From assembly GCA_013239625.1 (NCBI GenBank), contig MU053995.1, positions 496,001 to 560,000 of the forward strand: 64,000 nucleotides of DNA. The letters run 5' to 3'. This DNA is from Lama guanicoe. Lineage: Eukaryota. The notes under the pieces were generated by a model, which saw only the letters and a list, made by a program, of their open reading frames with translations, had not been told where the DNA came from and searched no databases. Below are positions 50,545 to 64,000 of this stretch, in pieces (position 1 is the stretch's first letter; each line of letters starts with the position of its first letter). A program made the translations under genes and the position numbers.

Positions 50545-53500
50545 TCTGTCACATTTTCGTGTGCTTCAGATATATACCGAATGGTAGAATTGCTAGGTCA
50601 TATTAACCGTAGTTCTTATTATTTTCCATAGTGACTGTACCAATTGACATTCCCACCAACAGTGTACAAGGGTCTCCTTTTCTCCACATCCTTGCCAACA
50701 TTTTGTTATTTGTATTCTTTTTGAGGATAGCCATTCTGACAAGTGTGACATGAAATCTCATTGTGGTTTTAATTTGCATTTCTCTGATGATTAGCAATAC
50801 TGTGCATTTTTTCATGTGCCTATTGGTTATGTGCCTGAAGACATATCTAAATGTCTCCATTGGAGAAATGTCTATCTAGGTCTTCTGCCCATTTTTTGAT
50901 TGGGTTGTTTTCTTTTTTGATATTGAGATGTGTGAGTTGTTTGTATATTTTTGGATATTAACCACCTGTCAGTTACATTATATACAAATACTTGTTGATG
51001 ATTTCCTTTGCTGTGCAAATCTTTTAAGTTTAATTAGGCTGATCCAGGAAAATATTACTTCAATTTGTAGATAGTGTTTCCCCTATGTTCTCCTCTAGGA
51101 GTTTCATATATTCATGTCTTACATTTACATCTTTATTTAGTTTATTTATTTTTATATATGTTTTTATTGAAACATAGTCAGTTTACAATATTGTGTCGAT
51201 TTCTAGTGTATAGCATAATCCTTCGGTCATACAGGAATATACATATATTCATTTTCATATTCTTTTCACCATAAGTTACTATAAGATATTGAATAGAGTT
51301 CCCTGTGCTCTACAATAGAAACTTGTGATTTATCTATTTTATATATAGTACTTTGTATCTGCAAATCTCGAACTCCCAGTTTATCCCTTCCCACTCCTCT
51401 CGCCTCCTCATAACCATTAGTTTTCTGTGTCTGAGTCTGTTTCTGTTTTGTAAATAAATCCATTTACCTTTTTTATATTAGATCCTACATATGAGTGATA
51501 TCATATGGTGTTTTTCTTTCTCTTTCTGGCTTACATCACTTTTAATGACATTCTCCAGGGCCATCTGTGTTGCTGCCAATTACATTTACATCTTTAAACC
51601 ATTTTGAGTTTATTTCTGTATATCGTGTGAGAAAATGTTCTAACTTCATTTTTTCACATGCAGTTGTCTAGTTTTCCCAGCACCACTTATTGAAGAGATT
51701 GTCTGTTCTCCTTTGTATATTCTTGTCTTTTTTGTTGTCAATAAATGACTAAAGGATTTATTTCTGAACTTTCTATCCTGTTCAATTGATCTAGGTGTCT
51801 GTTTTTGTGCCAGTACCATGCTGTTTTGATTACTGTAAATTTGTTGTATAGTCTGAAATTAGGGCGAATGGTAACCTTCCCTCAGGATTGTCAAGGCAAT
51901 TCAGCAGCTTTTGTTGTTACATAGTAAGTTTAGGATTGATTATTTGTTCTAGTTCTCTGGAAAAAAAATATCCTGGGTAATTTTGATAGTGATTACATTA
52001 AATCTATAGGTTATTTTTGGTAACATAGTCATTTTAATGATACTGATTCTTCCAATCCAAGAGCATAAGATACCTTTGTTTCCTAAAGTAATTTCCTTTG
52101 TTAGAGTTTTAAAATGTTTAGTGTATATGTATTTCATCTCCTTGGTTAAGTCTAATCCTAAGATCTTTTTGGGTTTTTTGTTTGTTTTTATGCAGGTTTT
52201 TTTTTAACCTTCCCTTACTGATATTTCATTATTTGTGTATATAAAAATAACAGTATGTTTGTATATTAATCTTGTATTCTGCAACATTGCTAAATTCATG
52301 TATATCATTAGTTTTTGTGTGGAGCTTTTAGGGTTTTCTGTAAAGAGTATCATGTCATCCACATACAGTGACAGTTTTACCTCTTCTCTTCCAACTTGGA
52401 TCCCTTCTATTTCTTTTTCTTGTCTAATTGCTTTGGCTAGGAGTTCTAAGACTTTGTTGAGTAAAAGTGGTGAGTATGGACATCCTTGTCTTGTTCCAGA
52501 ATTTACAGTGCTTGTTTTCAGCCTTTTACTGTTGAGTATCATGTTGGCTATAGGTATGCTTTTTAGTGTAGTCTGAAGTCAGGAAGCATGACCTGCATTT
52601 CTATCAATAACCTTTTCTTAATTTCATTAGCAATTTTATTACCAGCTTTTGAAATGCAGTGTCTAGTTGACTGATTCTGTTTCATTATTCATCTTTTCAG
52701 GGTTTCTCTTGTTCCTTCAATTGTGGGTAGTTCCTTGCCTTTTCATTTCATTTAACTTTATCTCTGTGAATTTAGATGGAACAGTTATCTACTACAGTCT
52801 TAAAGAGGTGTTTTAGTGTTGGAGTGTCTAAGTAGACTGCATGTGCCCAATGTCTTTGGTACAAGGGCTGGACTTGATGTAGATGCCAGCCATGCCTCAG
52901 TGTGTGCTAGCAGCTATCGCCTTGATGGAGATGTGGTTGTTAGAGGGGTTAGAACCTGTGCTGGTGGGATTTCCTATCTACTCCGTCAGGGTTGGGGTCT
53001 GCTTCTAAGATGCTAGAAGAGAAGCCCTGAGAGTCAAGTTTGAGGTGGCTCTGTTCCCTTCGAATGTGCATCTCCTGCCCACAAGGGACTTTTGCTCCAA
53101 AAGAGGGAATTGTTTTAGCAAGTGTGGCTTATATGCTCACAGAAGTATGACGTGCTGCTTGTGTAGGCATCCACATCTTTGTTTAGATGCAGCCCTAGTT
53201 TGTATCCTTCCCCTGTTTTGTGACTGTCCCAGATTATGTGCAAGCTTGTGGCATGGAGTGGTTGGTTCCAAAGCTGTCGCTAGGCTGATGCTGTTGGTCT
53301 GTGTATTATGTTCGCAGTAGTGGAAGTGTAGGCACTGCTGTCAGAGGTCTGGGCTTCTTCTGGGGTACTCTTAGAGTCAGTGTGAACAATGGCCACCACC
53401 ACTCTACCTGGACCACACTCCAGGCTCCCTGGCCATCTGTGCATTGCTTCATTAGGTCTTTTCCTGGGGCCCAGCTGGGCTAGATCTCATGCCAACCCAT

Positions 53501-55910
53501 GGTGTAGAGTGAGTAGGAACAGAGTGTTTACCCACCTCAGATCAGGGAGTGCAAGACAATAGTCACCAGTGTAGACCTCTTTTTGCCCTGTCTATTGGTA
53601 GGCTGCCACCCTTGCACTCCACATGTGTGTAGTCTGTGTTTCTCCAGCTCTTCTGTCTGTCCCAGCAGCTCTCCCATAAACCAAGGGGCTTGTCTTTCCC
53701 ATGTAGGATCCCAGGACTGGGATAGCCAGTCTGTTTCAACCTACTCACTCCCATGGAAATCCACCCATACAGTCTTTACCTTTTTCTTAGACCCCTCCCA
53801 GGGGCATAGGTCCCCACCAAATGCTTTTTATTCCCCATCCACTAAACTACTTGGCACTCCTCCTTGTAGCCTTGGCTGTATAGGAGTTCTGCCAGTTTCC
53901 AGTTTGTTTTATGTGAGAATTTTTCCACATATAGAGTATTTTTATGTGTGTTTGTGGTAGTAGGTGAGCTCCACATCCTCTTTCCTACATTGCCATCTTG
54001 TTCCCCCGTCAGTGTCAAGTCTTATCTTGAATACATAATTGTGAGTTCCTTGTTGTTATCAAGTTTGAATTTTGGTAGAGGTTGCATTGAATCTGTACAA
54101 TGCTTTAGATAATGTACACATTTTAACAATACTAATTCTCTCCATCCAAAAGTACAGAACACTTTGCTATTTATTTGTCTTCTTTATTTCTTTTATCAAC
54201 CTCATATTTTTTATTCTACAAGTTTTTCACATCATTGGTTTATTTATTCCTAATATTTTATCCTTATTAATGCAATTGTAAATGAGATTGTTTTTTCATT
54301 TCTCTTTCTGATAGGTCATTATTAATGTATTGAAGCACAGCAGATTGTTGTATATTGATTTTGTATCCTGCATCTTTATTGAATTTGTTTATTAGTTCTA
54401 GCAATTTTTTGATGGAGTATTAAGCGGTGTTCTTTTTTTTAACATAAGTGATCTACAAAAGTGACAGTTTTATTTGTGCTTTTCAACAGGGATATCTTTT
54501 ACCTTTTTTGTTTCCTTGTGTAATTGCTGCTAATTATTGGCTGGGACATTCAACACTATTTTAAATATATGTGGCATGATTAGGCATTCTTCTGTTGTCC
54601 TTAATGTTGGAGTGAAGGCTTTCAATTTTCCACTGTTGAGTTTGATATTACATCTGGGCTTGCCATTTGTGGCCCTTGTTATTTTTATTGAGATCACATT
54701 GACTCTATAAATCATGTTGAAGAATGTACTTCTTAGCAAATAGAGTATTACTATCCATAACCATAATATATCTTTCCAATTATTTAGCTTTTCTTTGATT
54801 TTGTTAATTGGAGATTTGTAGTTTTTCTCATAAATATCTTGTACATATTTTGTGCAAGATTTATTTCTACATATTTCTTTTTGTGTGGTTGTTACTGTAA
54901 ATGGAATTGCTTTTAAATTCAAACTTCATTTGTTAAGTGCTGGTACAGCAGAAAGTAATTGAGTTCTGTACAATAACCCTGTATCCTACAATCTTGCTAA
55001 AATGGTTAGTTTCAGAAATTTTTTCTCAAACCTTTAGAATTTTCTGCATAGGTTATAATGTCACCTATAAATAAAAAAAAAATTTTTATTCTTTATCATT
55101 TTAATTTCCTTTTCTTATCTTATTACATTAGCATTTCCAGTATGATGTTGAAGTTGAGTAGTCAGAGAAAACATCCTTGCCTCATTCCTAAACTTAGTGA
55201 TAAAGTTTTGAGTTTCTCATGATTAAGTATAATGTTAGCTGTAGGATTTTTTATAAATATTCTTTATCAAATTGGTAAACCTTCTTCCTTTTTTTTATTA
55301 TGAATGACTGTTGAATTTTTGTCAAGTGATTTTTCTGAATCTATTAAATTATGTGACTTCTCCTTTTTAAGTAATGGTGTGATGGATTATATTAATTGGT
55401 TTTGGGGTGTTCAATCAGCTTTGCATGCCTGGAATAAATACCACTTAATCGTTATGTATAATTCTGTTTATACATTGTTGAGTTTGATTTGTGGTTACTT
55501 TGTTGAAGGTTTTTGCATCTATTTTATGACAGATACTAGTCTGTGATTTTTCTTTTAAATTCTAATGTATCTGTCTAATTTCTGTATTAAGGAAACTCAG
55601 AATGAATTAGGAAGTATTCATCTGTCTTCTACCCTGTGAAGGAGATTGTAAAGATTTGCTATTACATTATTAAATGTTTGGTGGAATACACCAGTGAACA
55701 CATGTGACCCTGGTGCTTTCTGTTTTGGAAAACTATTATTTACTTAATTTCTCTAATAAAGTTAGGCCTGTTATGGTTGTCTTTTCCTCTTGTGTGAGTC
55801 TTTGTTGATTATATCTTCCAAGGATCTGGTCCATTTCATCTAGTTTGTCAAATTTGTAAGCATAGAGTTTATAGTGTAATTTTATTATCCTTTTAATGTT
55901 CATGGGATTT
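50545..55910 (-). mobile_element. Nested L1 cluster: ORF2 remnants, an L1 5' end at about 54007, and a younger L1 3' end (51136-51579) inserted with a 17-bp TSD
   Basis: ORF 52204-52542 gives RT motifs [13 protein letters not shown]...LSLYVDDMILF. The 5' end on - is ggggaacaagatggc. TSD ttacatttacatcttta lies at 51119-51135 and 51580-51596. Confidence 0.88.
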
Positions 55911-57698
55911 ACATCAACTTTTATCCAGGTAGATATAGCCTTGTTTCAGAGTCAGGGCTCACTGTGGACAGCTTGTGTTGGATTGCAGCTCTCTATGCCC
56001 ATCTTCCCAAACACATTTGGAGAAGATAGTGTCTGAATAGACATTTGGAGTTACTGTGGCTTATAGGACAGACAGCACACCATTCCTGCATGCACAGGAC
56101 ATAGTAGGTGTTCAGGGTGTGTTTATGAATTAATACAAACTATTTGATTGACAAGCCCTTGGTTAAGATTAGGTGGATACTTATTGTTATGAAAACATGT
56201 GTTTCTGACAATAAAAGTTATTCTTTGTACACAGAAAGAAGTAACACTTCAGAATATTTATTTCAATTATGGTACAAGTTAACTACAGGAAACTTGAAAA
56301 GGGTTAATATTAATAAACTCAAGCAGTTGCAAAGGTATGTTCTTGATCTTTAAAACTAAAAATGGATTATTATGTTTTTGCATATGCACTGTAACTTTAT
56401 GAATTCACCAAAAGTTGAGCGGAATTCAGATATAATTCACCCATGACAATGGATGGCATGGAGCTCCTTCCATAAATTCTTTAACATTCCTAAGACAACT
56501 GCTTTGATTCGTTATATCAAAAGTGAGAAACTCCTGTAGCTACCCAAAAGGATTCCTGTTGTTATACAGAAAGGAACACCTGAGAAGGTGGCAATTGAAT
56601 CAATACCTGAAGAAAAATGCCACATGAATATTTGAAGGGAAGAGAATTCCAGCACAAGGTAGAAAATCAAATTTGTGTTCGAGTTTCAGAACTGGGAGTA
56701 GTTTCTTTGGCAAGTTGGTTACATAGGGAAAAAAGAAAAAAAATGGAAGTAGTATAAGGAGATGAGGTCAAAAGCTAGACAGTGGGAACATCAATAGTGG
56801 AAACTCACCATGGGACCAGTTAACAAGGCTACGGAAACAACCCAGCTGAAATATTAAACTACTAATTTTCAAGATGAAACTTCCAATATTTATTGCCTAA
56901 CAAAATTTCACCATAATGATCAAGCACCTGAAACCCAAATATGTTATGCCTCATCAGCATATTACTTTCAATATCTTGCATTTTAATGTTCTGATCTCCT
57001 TTTTCTCTCTGCCAAATGAATATACTTGTTTCAATATGAACTAAAAAATTAAAAAGTAAGTAAAACTTCAATCTCTAGCAATTCCTTTACTTTTAATTAT
57101 TAAAACATGCTTTTTATTCCAAAGTTATATATAAACCTGGAATATCATTGTATTTATAAAATTCAAAGACTCTAGTTTCCCAAAATACTTACTATATAAT
57201 TTATATTATTATATACAGATCCAATCTGATGATAAACATTAACCAATGAAATAAAAACAGTAATATAACAAAAAGAATGCTCATAATGATGAAAATCATA
57301 TACTAGATAACTGGTACAGGCAGTAAAAATATGCTATAATGGATAATATTTGGAACATTTACAGAACTGTTAATTTTAAAGAGTCATCTATGTTTTATTT
57401 TCATCTAGAAACTTTTTGTGAGAAAATGATTCTAAATAGCAACAAATTACTTTTCAAATTTTTCCTTTTTAGTTAAATGGAAGACATGTCAATTACTGTA
57501 AATTTTATGACAACATCTTTAGAGCTTTTAATGCCCTGCATAAGTATTCTTAGACTCTTGAAATGTTACACCTAAAATAAATATTTAATTTTAGCTTTAT
57601 TTATATTTTTAAGACAAATTATCTGATAATTAGAAGAAAGGAGTATCAGATATTTGCTTCTTGTCTGCTATGGGTCAGGCTGATTGCAAGGTGCCTTT

Positions 57699-60600
57699 AT
57701 TTTTTCATTTATTTTTTTACATTTTTTCATTAAGTAATAGTCATTTTACAATGTTGTGTCAAGTTCTAGTGTAGAGCACAATTTTTCAGTTATACATGAA
57801 CATATATATTCATTGTCACTTTTTTTTTTTGCTATGAGCTACCAGAAGATCTTGTATATATTTCCCTGTACTGTACAGTATAATCTTGTTTATCTATTCT
57901 GCATTTTAAAATCCCAGTCTGTCCCTTCCCATCCCCCTACCCCCTGGGCAACCACAAGTTTGTATTCTATGTCTATGAGTCCATTTCTGTTTTATATTTC
58001 TGTTTTGTTTTGTTTGTTTTTTTTTTAGACTCCTCATATGAGCGATCTCATATGGTATTTTTCTTTCTCTTTCTGTCTTACTTCATTTAGAGTGATATTC
58101 TCCAGGAATATCCATGTTGTTGCAAATGACATTATGTTGTCGGTTTTTATGGCTGAATAGTATTCCATTGTATAAATATATCACCTCTTCTTTATCCAGT
58201 CACCTGTTGATGGACATTTAGGCTGTTTCCATGTCTTGGCTATTGTAAATAGTGCTGCTATGAACATTGGGGTGCAGGTGTCTTTTTGAATTAAGGTTAC
58301 CTCTGGAAATATGCCCAGGAGTGAGATTGCTGGATCATATGGTAAGTATATTCCTGGTCTTTTGAGGAATCTCCATACTGTTTTCCTTTCTTCCCTCTCC
58401 CACTCTTAATGATTTAGATGTCTTCTTTGACAATTTTGTGTTTATTTTATTTGGAATTCATGGCCGTTATCTCCTTTCCAGTTACGAGTTTCTCATTTCT
58501 GCAGCATCCTGCTTCTTTTCTATTTAGAGTACACCTGTCAATATTTCTTTTAGCATAGGTTTAGTGCTGCTAAACTCTTGTAGCTTTTTCTTGTCTGTGA
58601 AGTTCTTTATGTTTCCTTCTATCCTAAAGGATAGCCTTACTAGATAAAGTATCCTAGGCTGCATCTATTTTTCATTCAGGACTTTGAATATATCTTGCCA
58701 CTCCCTTCTGGCCTGTAGTGTTTGTGTAGAGAAATCAGCTTATAGCCTTATGGGGGTTCCCTTATAACTCACTCTTTGTTTTTCTCTTGCTGCCTTTAGA
58801 ATCATTTCTTTATCCTTCACTCTGGCCATCTTAATTACATGTCTTGGTGTGGGTCTGTTTGGGTTCTTCCTGTTTCGGACCCTCTGAGCCTCCTGTACTT
58901 GGATATCTGATTCCTTCTTTAAATTTGGGAAGTTTTCAGTCATGATTTCTTCAAAAACCTTTTCAATCCCCTTTGATTTTTCTTCCCCTTCTGGAACCCC
59001 TGTTATGCATAGATTGGCACGCTTTATATTATCCCGTAGGTCCCTTATATTATTTTCATTGTATTTTATTAGTTTTTATTTCAGCTATTCTGATTGGGTG
59101 CTTTCCGTTGTCCTGTCTTCTAGGTCACTTATTCATTTCTCTGCGTTATCTAGTCTGCTTTGTACAGCCTTTAGGTCAGAACTCATCTCTGCAAATGCAT
59201 TTACTAATTCTACATGGTTCTTCTCTATAGCTTCTATTTCATTTTTGACATATTTTATATCTCTAAACACTATTTCTTTTAGTTCCTTCAGTACTTTGAT
59301 CACTCCTTTTTTGAAATCTTGATCTAGTAGGCTATCAATGTCTTTCATTGATTGTTCTTTCAGGGGATTTCTCTTGTTCTTTTAACTGGAGGTGGTTCCT
59401 CTGCTTCTTTACATGGCTTATTTGTCTCTGGCACTGTGGCTTAAGGAGTGTCAGTTATCTAGCTCTCCTGGAGACGGTGTGCTCTTAATGGTTTTATGGA
59501 GAGGTCTTTGTGTCTTCGCCCTGTTTTGCTAACTCAGCTTGCTGTTTCCAGAGGCCCTCTGTTGGTGCTCTTATCTGGGCTGCTCCCAGTGGCTGTTGGC
59601 TAGCAGATTGCACCCTCTCCCAATTCTGGATCAGGTGCTGAGCTCTTACCTGGTGGGCGGGCAGCTCACTCCCCCTCCCAATGCCACAGTCAGATGCTGC
59701 ACGCAGGTAAGGCAGGTAGGCAGATAGCGCACCTTCCCAGCACCCTGATCAGGTGCTGCTTTCCTGCCACGAAGGCAGGTGACTGCCCCCCTTTTCCCGG
59801 CACCAGCTGCCCTGCTGCTCTGTGCAGCTGCCTGCTCCGCCATGGGTCGGTGTTCCAAAGGTGGGCTTGGGGAAGACCGCAGAACGCCCCGCCCCTGCTC
59901 CATGCCAAATCTCAGCTCCTTGTCTGTCTTGGCAGCACGAGTTCTCTCAGGTGCCAGGGCAGAAAAGACCTTATCTGCCTCAGGCTGTAAACAGGTCTCA
60001 ATCCTGCCTAGGAGGTTGCGGAGCTCCTGGATGCGGATTCAGGTCTTGGCCCCTCCCCCACCCAGGTGCTGCACACAGGAGGAGATGGCATCTACAGCTG
60101 CGCCCCACATCTCTTCTCATGAGAAGCGCCAGAAATGGCAGCACAGGTCTGAGGCAAAGGCTACGGCGCCCACCCCACCCCCCAGGGCATACCAGCTGTA
60201 TTGCTTTGCTTTTTTCGCAATTTATGGGGGACCGAGATTGTTCTACTCTGTATCCCCTCTGAGCCACGGTGTGCAACCTCCTGCGGTCCCCCAGGGCTGC
60301 CTCAGTGCAGCCGCCCCAGTCCTCTGCCCAGCTCAGATAACCTGTCCCAGCCCCAGCTGCCAACTCACGTCTTAGGCTGCGGGGGCCCTTTGTGCCCATT
60401 TAACTCAGCTCTGTTGATCAAGGGCTTCTAGGTGCAGATCTGAGCCTCGGAGGCTTCCCCTCCTTCCCGCTGGCCTCTCCTTTGGAGAACAGAGACCCAG
60501 CGAACAAGTGCCAGTCCTCCTTTGCCACTCCCACGCCGCGGGATCAGTCCTGCACTGTTTTGTTTTTTCTTCTTTCTTTTTTCCTTTTCTCCTACCAGAT

Positions 60601-60751
60601 TTTGGCATCTTTGTCTTTCGAAGAAGGCAATGTTCTGTCAGAGTTCGGCAGGTGCTCTGGATTGCTGAGTAGGTTCATAGATGTGAGTTTTGGTGTATTT
60701 GTGGGAGAGCATGAGCTACAAGCGTCCTTCTACTCTGCCATCTTGCTTCTC
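57699..60751 (-). mobile_element. Internally deleted L1 (about 3.05 kb): full 5'UTR and decayed ORF1 joined directly to the last ~360 nt of ORF2 and the 3'UTR
   Basis: 5' end gagaagcaagatggcagagtagaagg. ORF1 pieces at 59133-59348 and 58740-58943 (ENFPNLKKESDIQVQEAQRV...RPTPRH). Junction at about 58386. TSD ttgcaag(g/a)tgccttt at 57684-57698 and 60752-60766. Confidence 0.9.
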
Positions 60752-61449
60752 TTGCAAGATGCCTTTCTAATCACACAGAAACTCCAGAAGATAATATGAG
60801 ATTTATATCATAGAGAGAAAAACAGGCTCAGAAGTTAGGTAATTTGTCCAAGGTCATTGCTACAATGTGGCAGATTTTCCAGCATATCAAATATCAACAT
60901 CTATTGGTTTTTTTCCACTATACCATATTTTTAAACAAATAGTGAGCAGCTCATAACATAACAGTAATAAAATTTTTCACAAATCAACATTTTAAACTCA
61001 CATACTCACACCAGAACACACTATTCCTCAAATTGGGTTCTTTCAGTTCAAGACTCCAGTTTTCAGGTCCTTTGTGTAATAAAATGAGTTTGAACATATT
61101 TATTCTTAAAACAAATAAAAGCTACTTTCCAAATTATGCCTATAAAAATTTAGAACATTTCTAAATGCAATGGGAGAAATGATTCAGCAGGATAGAGAAT
61201 TAAGTTTTTATTGTCAGCTTAGGAATATTGAGAAATCAGTTCTTCCTGCATTATCTACTGTGATCCTTGCAATAACAGAAGCTCTTTGGTATATCTAGAA
61301 CTACTCATTTAACTAATTCATTATTATGTTTTCAATGTTGATAAAAATGCATAATTAAAATATAAGTCAAATTGAGATTGTATAAAGTAGAATAAACATG
61401 ATTATATAGCTAATGATTTTAATCCTCAAGCAACCCTATGAACAAATTC

Positions 61450-64000
61450 TTTTTTTTTTTTTTACATTTTTATTGATTCGTAATCATTTTACAATGTTGT
61501 GTCAAATTCCAGTGTTCAGTACAATTTTTCAGTCATACATGGACTTATACACACTCATTGTCACATTTTTTTCTCTGTGATTTATCATAACATTTTGTGT
61601 ATATTTCCCTGTGCTGTACAGTGTAATCTTGTTTATCTGTTCTACAATTTTGAAATCCCAGTCTATCCCTTCCCACCCTCTACCCCCCTGGTAACCACAA
61701 GTCTGTATTCTCTGTCCATGAGTCTATTTCTGTCCTGTATTTATGCTTTGTTTTTGTTTGTTTGTTTGTTTTTGTTTTTTAGATTCCACATATGAGCGAT
61801 CTCATATGGTATTTTTCTTTCTCTTTCTGGCTTACTTCACTTAGAATGACATTCTCTAGGAGCATCCATGTTGCTGCAAATGGCATTATGTTGTCGGTTT
61901 TTATGGCTGAGTAGTATTCCATTGTATAAATATACCACCTCTTCTTTATCCAGTCACCTGTTGATGGACATTTAGGCTGTTTCCATGTTTTGGCTATTGT
62001 AAATAGTGCTGCTATGAACATTGGGGTGCAGGTGTCATCCTGAAGTAGATTTCCTTCTGGATACAAGCCCAGGAGTGGGATTCCTGGGTCATATGGTAAG
62101 TCTATTCCTAGTCTTTTGAGGAATCTCCACACTGTTTTCCATAGTGGCTGCACCAAACTGCATTCCCACCAGCAGTGTAGGAGGGTTCCCCTTTCTCCAC
62201 AGCCTCTCCAGCATTTGTCATTTTTGGATTTTTGAATGACGGCCATTCTGACTGGTGTGAGGTGATACCTCATTGTAGTTTTGATTTGCATTTCTCTGAT
62301 AATTAGTGATATTGAACATTTTTTCATGTGCTTTTTGATCATTTGTATGTCTTCCTTGGAGAATTGCTTGTTTAGGTCTTCTGCCCATTTTTGGATTGGG
62401 TTGTTTATTTTTTTCTTATTGAGTCGTATGAGCTGCTTATATATTTTGGAGATCAAGCCTTTGTCGGTTTCACTTGCAAAAATTTTCTCCCATTCCGTAG
62501 GTTTTCTTCTTGTTTTATTTCTGGTTTCCTTTGCTCTGCAGAAGCTTGTAAGTTTCATTAGGTCCCATTTGTTTATTCTTGCTTTTATTTCTTCTAGGAG
62601 AAAATTTTTGAAATGTATGTCAGATAATGTTTTGCCTATGTTTTCCTCTAGGAGGTTTATTGTATCTTGTCTTATGTTTAAGTCTTTAATCCATTTTGAG
62701 TTGATTTTTGTATATGGTGTAAGGGTGTGTTCTAGCTTCATTGTTTTACATGCTGCTGTCCAGTTTTCCCAACACCATTTGCTGAAGAGACTGTCTTTAT
62801 TCCATTGTATATTCTTGCCTCCTTTGTCGAAGATGAGTTGACCAAAAGTTTGTGGGTTCATTTCTGGGCTCTCTATTCTGTTCCATTGGTCTATATGTCT
62901 GTTTTGGTACCAATACCATGCTGTCTTGATGACTGTAGCTCTATAGTATTGTCTGAAGTCTGGGAGAGTTATTCCTCCAGCCTCTTTCTTTCTCTTCAGT
63001 AATGCTTTAGCAATTCTAGGTCTTTGATGGTTCCATATAAATTTTATTATGATTTGTTCTAGTTCTGTGAAATATGTCCTGGGTAATTGGATAGGGATTG
63101 CATTAAATCTGTAGATTGCCTTGGGCAGTGTGACCATTTTAACAATATTGATTCTTCCAATCCAAGAGCATGGAATATCTTTCCATTTTTTAAAGTCTTC
63201 TTTAATTTCCTTCATCAATGGTTTATAGTTTTCTGTGTATAATTCTTTCACCTCCTTGGTTAGATTTATTCCCAGATATTTTATTACTTTGGGTGCTATT
63301 TTAAAGGGGATTGTTTCTTTACTTTCTTTTTCTGTTGATTTATCGTTAGTGTAAAGAAAGGCAACTGATTTTTGAACATTAATTTTGTAACCTGCTACCT
63401 TGCTGAATTCTTCGATCAGCTCTAGTAGCTTTTTTGTGGACCTTTTAGGGTTTTCTATATATAGTAACATGTCGTCAGCATATAATGACACTTTTACCTC
63501 TTCTTTTCCAATTTGGATCCCTTTTATTTCTTTCTCTTGCCTGATTGCTGTGGCTAGGACTTCCAGGACTATATTGAATAGGAGTGGTGATAGTGGGCAT
63601 CCTTGTCTTGTCCCAGATTTTAGTGGGAAGCTTTTGAGTTTTTCACCGTTGAGAACTATGCTGGCTATAGGTTTGTCATATATAGCTTTTATTATGTTGA
63701 GATATGTTCCCTCTATACCCACTTTGGCGAGAGTTTTTATCATAAATGGGTGTTGAATTTTATCAAATGCTTTTTCTGCATCGATTGAGATGATCATGTG
63801 GTTTTTGTCCTTTCTCTTGTTGATGTGATGTATTACATTGATTGATTTGCGTATGTTGAACCAGCCTTGTGTCCCTGGGATGAACCCCACTTGGTCATGA
63901 TGTATAATCTTTTTTATGTGTTGTTGGATTCTATTTGCTAAAATTTTGGTGAGGATTTTGGCGTCTATGTTCATCAGTGATATTGGCCTATAATTCTCTT
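61450..64000 (-). mobile_element. Young LINE-1, 3' 2.55 kb, continuing beyond the window
   Basis: Poly(T) at 61450-61463, a 3'UTR, and an uninterrupted ORF2. Confidence 0.97.
61779..64000 (-). CDS. L1 ORF2p C-terminal part (reverse transcriptase and C-terminal Cys-rich domain), 5'-partial
   Basis: 731-aa ORF with [14 protein letters not shown] and HCWWEC. The frame stays open to the window edge (..ENYRPISL-M). Confidence 0.95.
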   Translation of the reverse strand, partial: ENYRPISLMNIDAKILTKILANRIQQHIKKIIHHDQVGFIPGTQGWFNIRKSINVIHHINKRKDKNHMIISIDAEKAFDKIQHPFMIKTLAKVGIEGTYLNIIKAIYDKPIASIVLNGEKLKSFPLKSGTRQGCPLSPLLFNIVLEVLATAIRQEKEIKGIQIGKEEVKVSLYADDMLLYIENPKRSTKKLLELIEEFSKVAGYKINVQKSVAFLYTNDKSTEKESKETIPFKIAPKVIKYLGINLTKEVKELYTENYKPLMKEIKEDFKKWKDIPCSWIGRINIVKMVTLPKAIYRFNAIPIQLPRTYFTELEQIIIKFIWNHQRPRIAKALLKRKKEAGGITLPDFRQYYRATVIKTAWYWYQNRHIDQWNRIESPEMNPQTFGQLIFDKGGKNIQWNKDSLFSKWCWENWTAACKTMKLEHTLTPYTKINSKWIKDLNIRQDTINLLEENIGKTLSDIHFKNFLLEEIKARINKWDLMKLTSFCRAKETRNKTRRKPTEWEKIFASETDKGLISKIYKQLIRLNKKKINNPIQKWAEDLNKQFSKEDIQMIKKHMKKCSISLIIREMQIKTTMRYHLTPVRMAVIQKSKNDKCWRGCGERGTLLHCWWECSLVQPLWKTVWRFLKRLGIDLPYDPGIPLLGLYPEGNLLQDDTCTPMFIAALFTIAKTWKQPKCPSTGDWIKKRWYIYTMEYYSAIKTDNIMPFAATWMLLENVILSEVSQKEKEKYHMRSLICGI

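Noticed and set aside
56380..57071. Unique AT-rich sequence with weak exon-like segments on - (e.g. NVKEFMEGAPCHPLSW, REKGDQNIKMQDIES)
   Set aside because: No recognisable homolog, and splice signals are weak.
57470..57555. ttttatgacaacat (FYDNI), resembling an upstream TAB3 exon
   Set aside because: Flanking residues do not match TAB3 and the position is downstream of the terminal exon, so it is likely a chance match.
59539..60799. Cluster of GC-rich ORFs up to 198 aa that looks like a CpG island
   Set aside because: It lies within the L1 5'UTR of the 57699-60751 element, and no protein similarity was recognised.
62281..63756. Plus-strand ORFs of 186, 65 and 118 aa
   Set aside because: They are antisense shadows of L1 ORF2.
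1..64000. Prokaryotic-type systems (CRISPR arrays, operons, rRNA genes)
   Set aside because: The sequence is mammalian, and no repeat-spacer array or rRNA similarity was seen.

Overview
Mammalian genomic DNA, AT-rich and dominated by LINE-1. A tRNA-derived SINE and the L1 3' ends resemble camelid (alpaca/camel) repeats, which is a moderate-confidence assignment. The window looks like male-specific Y chromosome and carries three intron-containing X/Y gametolog relics that the ORF track largely hides. (1) An RPS4Y pseudogene on + with exons 2, 3, 4 and a truncated exon 5 (3052-13716); splice sites are preserved and diagnostic residues are Y-type. (2) A two-exon HSFY copy on - (25137-23457) with a 401-codon frame, two in-frame nonsense codons and a Q>E change in the recognition helix; its promoter region has RFX X-box and CRE-like motifs. 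(3) The terminal NZF zinc-finger exon and long 3'UTR of a TAB3(Y) pseudogene on + (from 39898). Also present are a TMEM258 processed pseudogene whose poly(A) tail became a purine microsatellite, a 5'-truncated class III (ERV-S/ERV-L-like) provirus with an env remnant and 3' LTR, and a TSD-flanked L1 lacking almost all of ORF2. A young L1 with an open ORF2 runs off the right edge, and many older L1, MER and Charlie fragments fill the rest. Gene identities come from my recall of the protein sequences, not from database searches.
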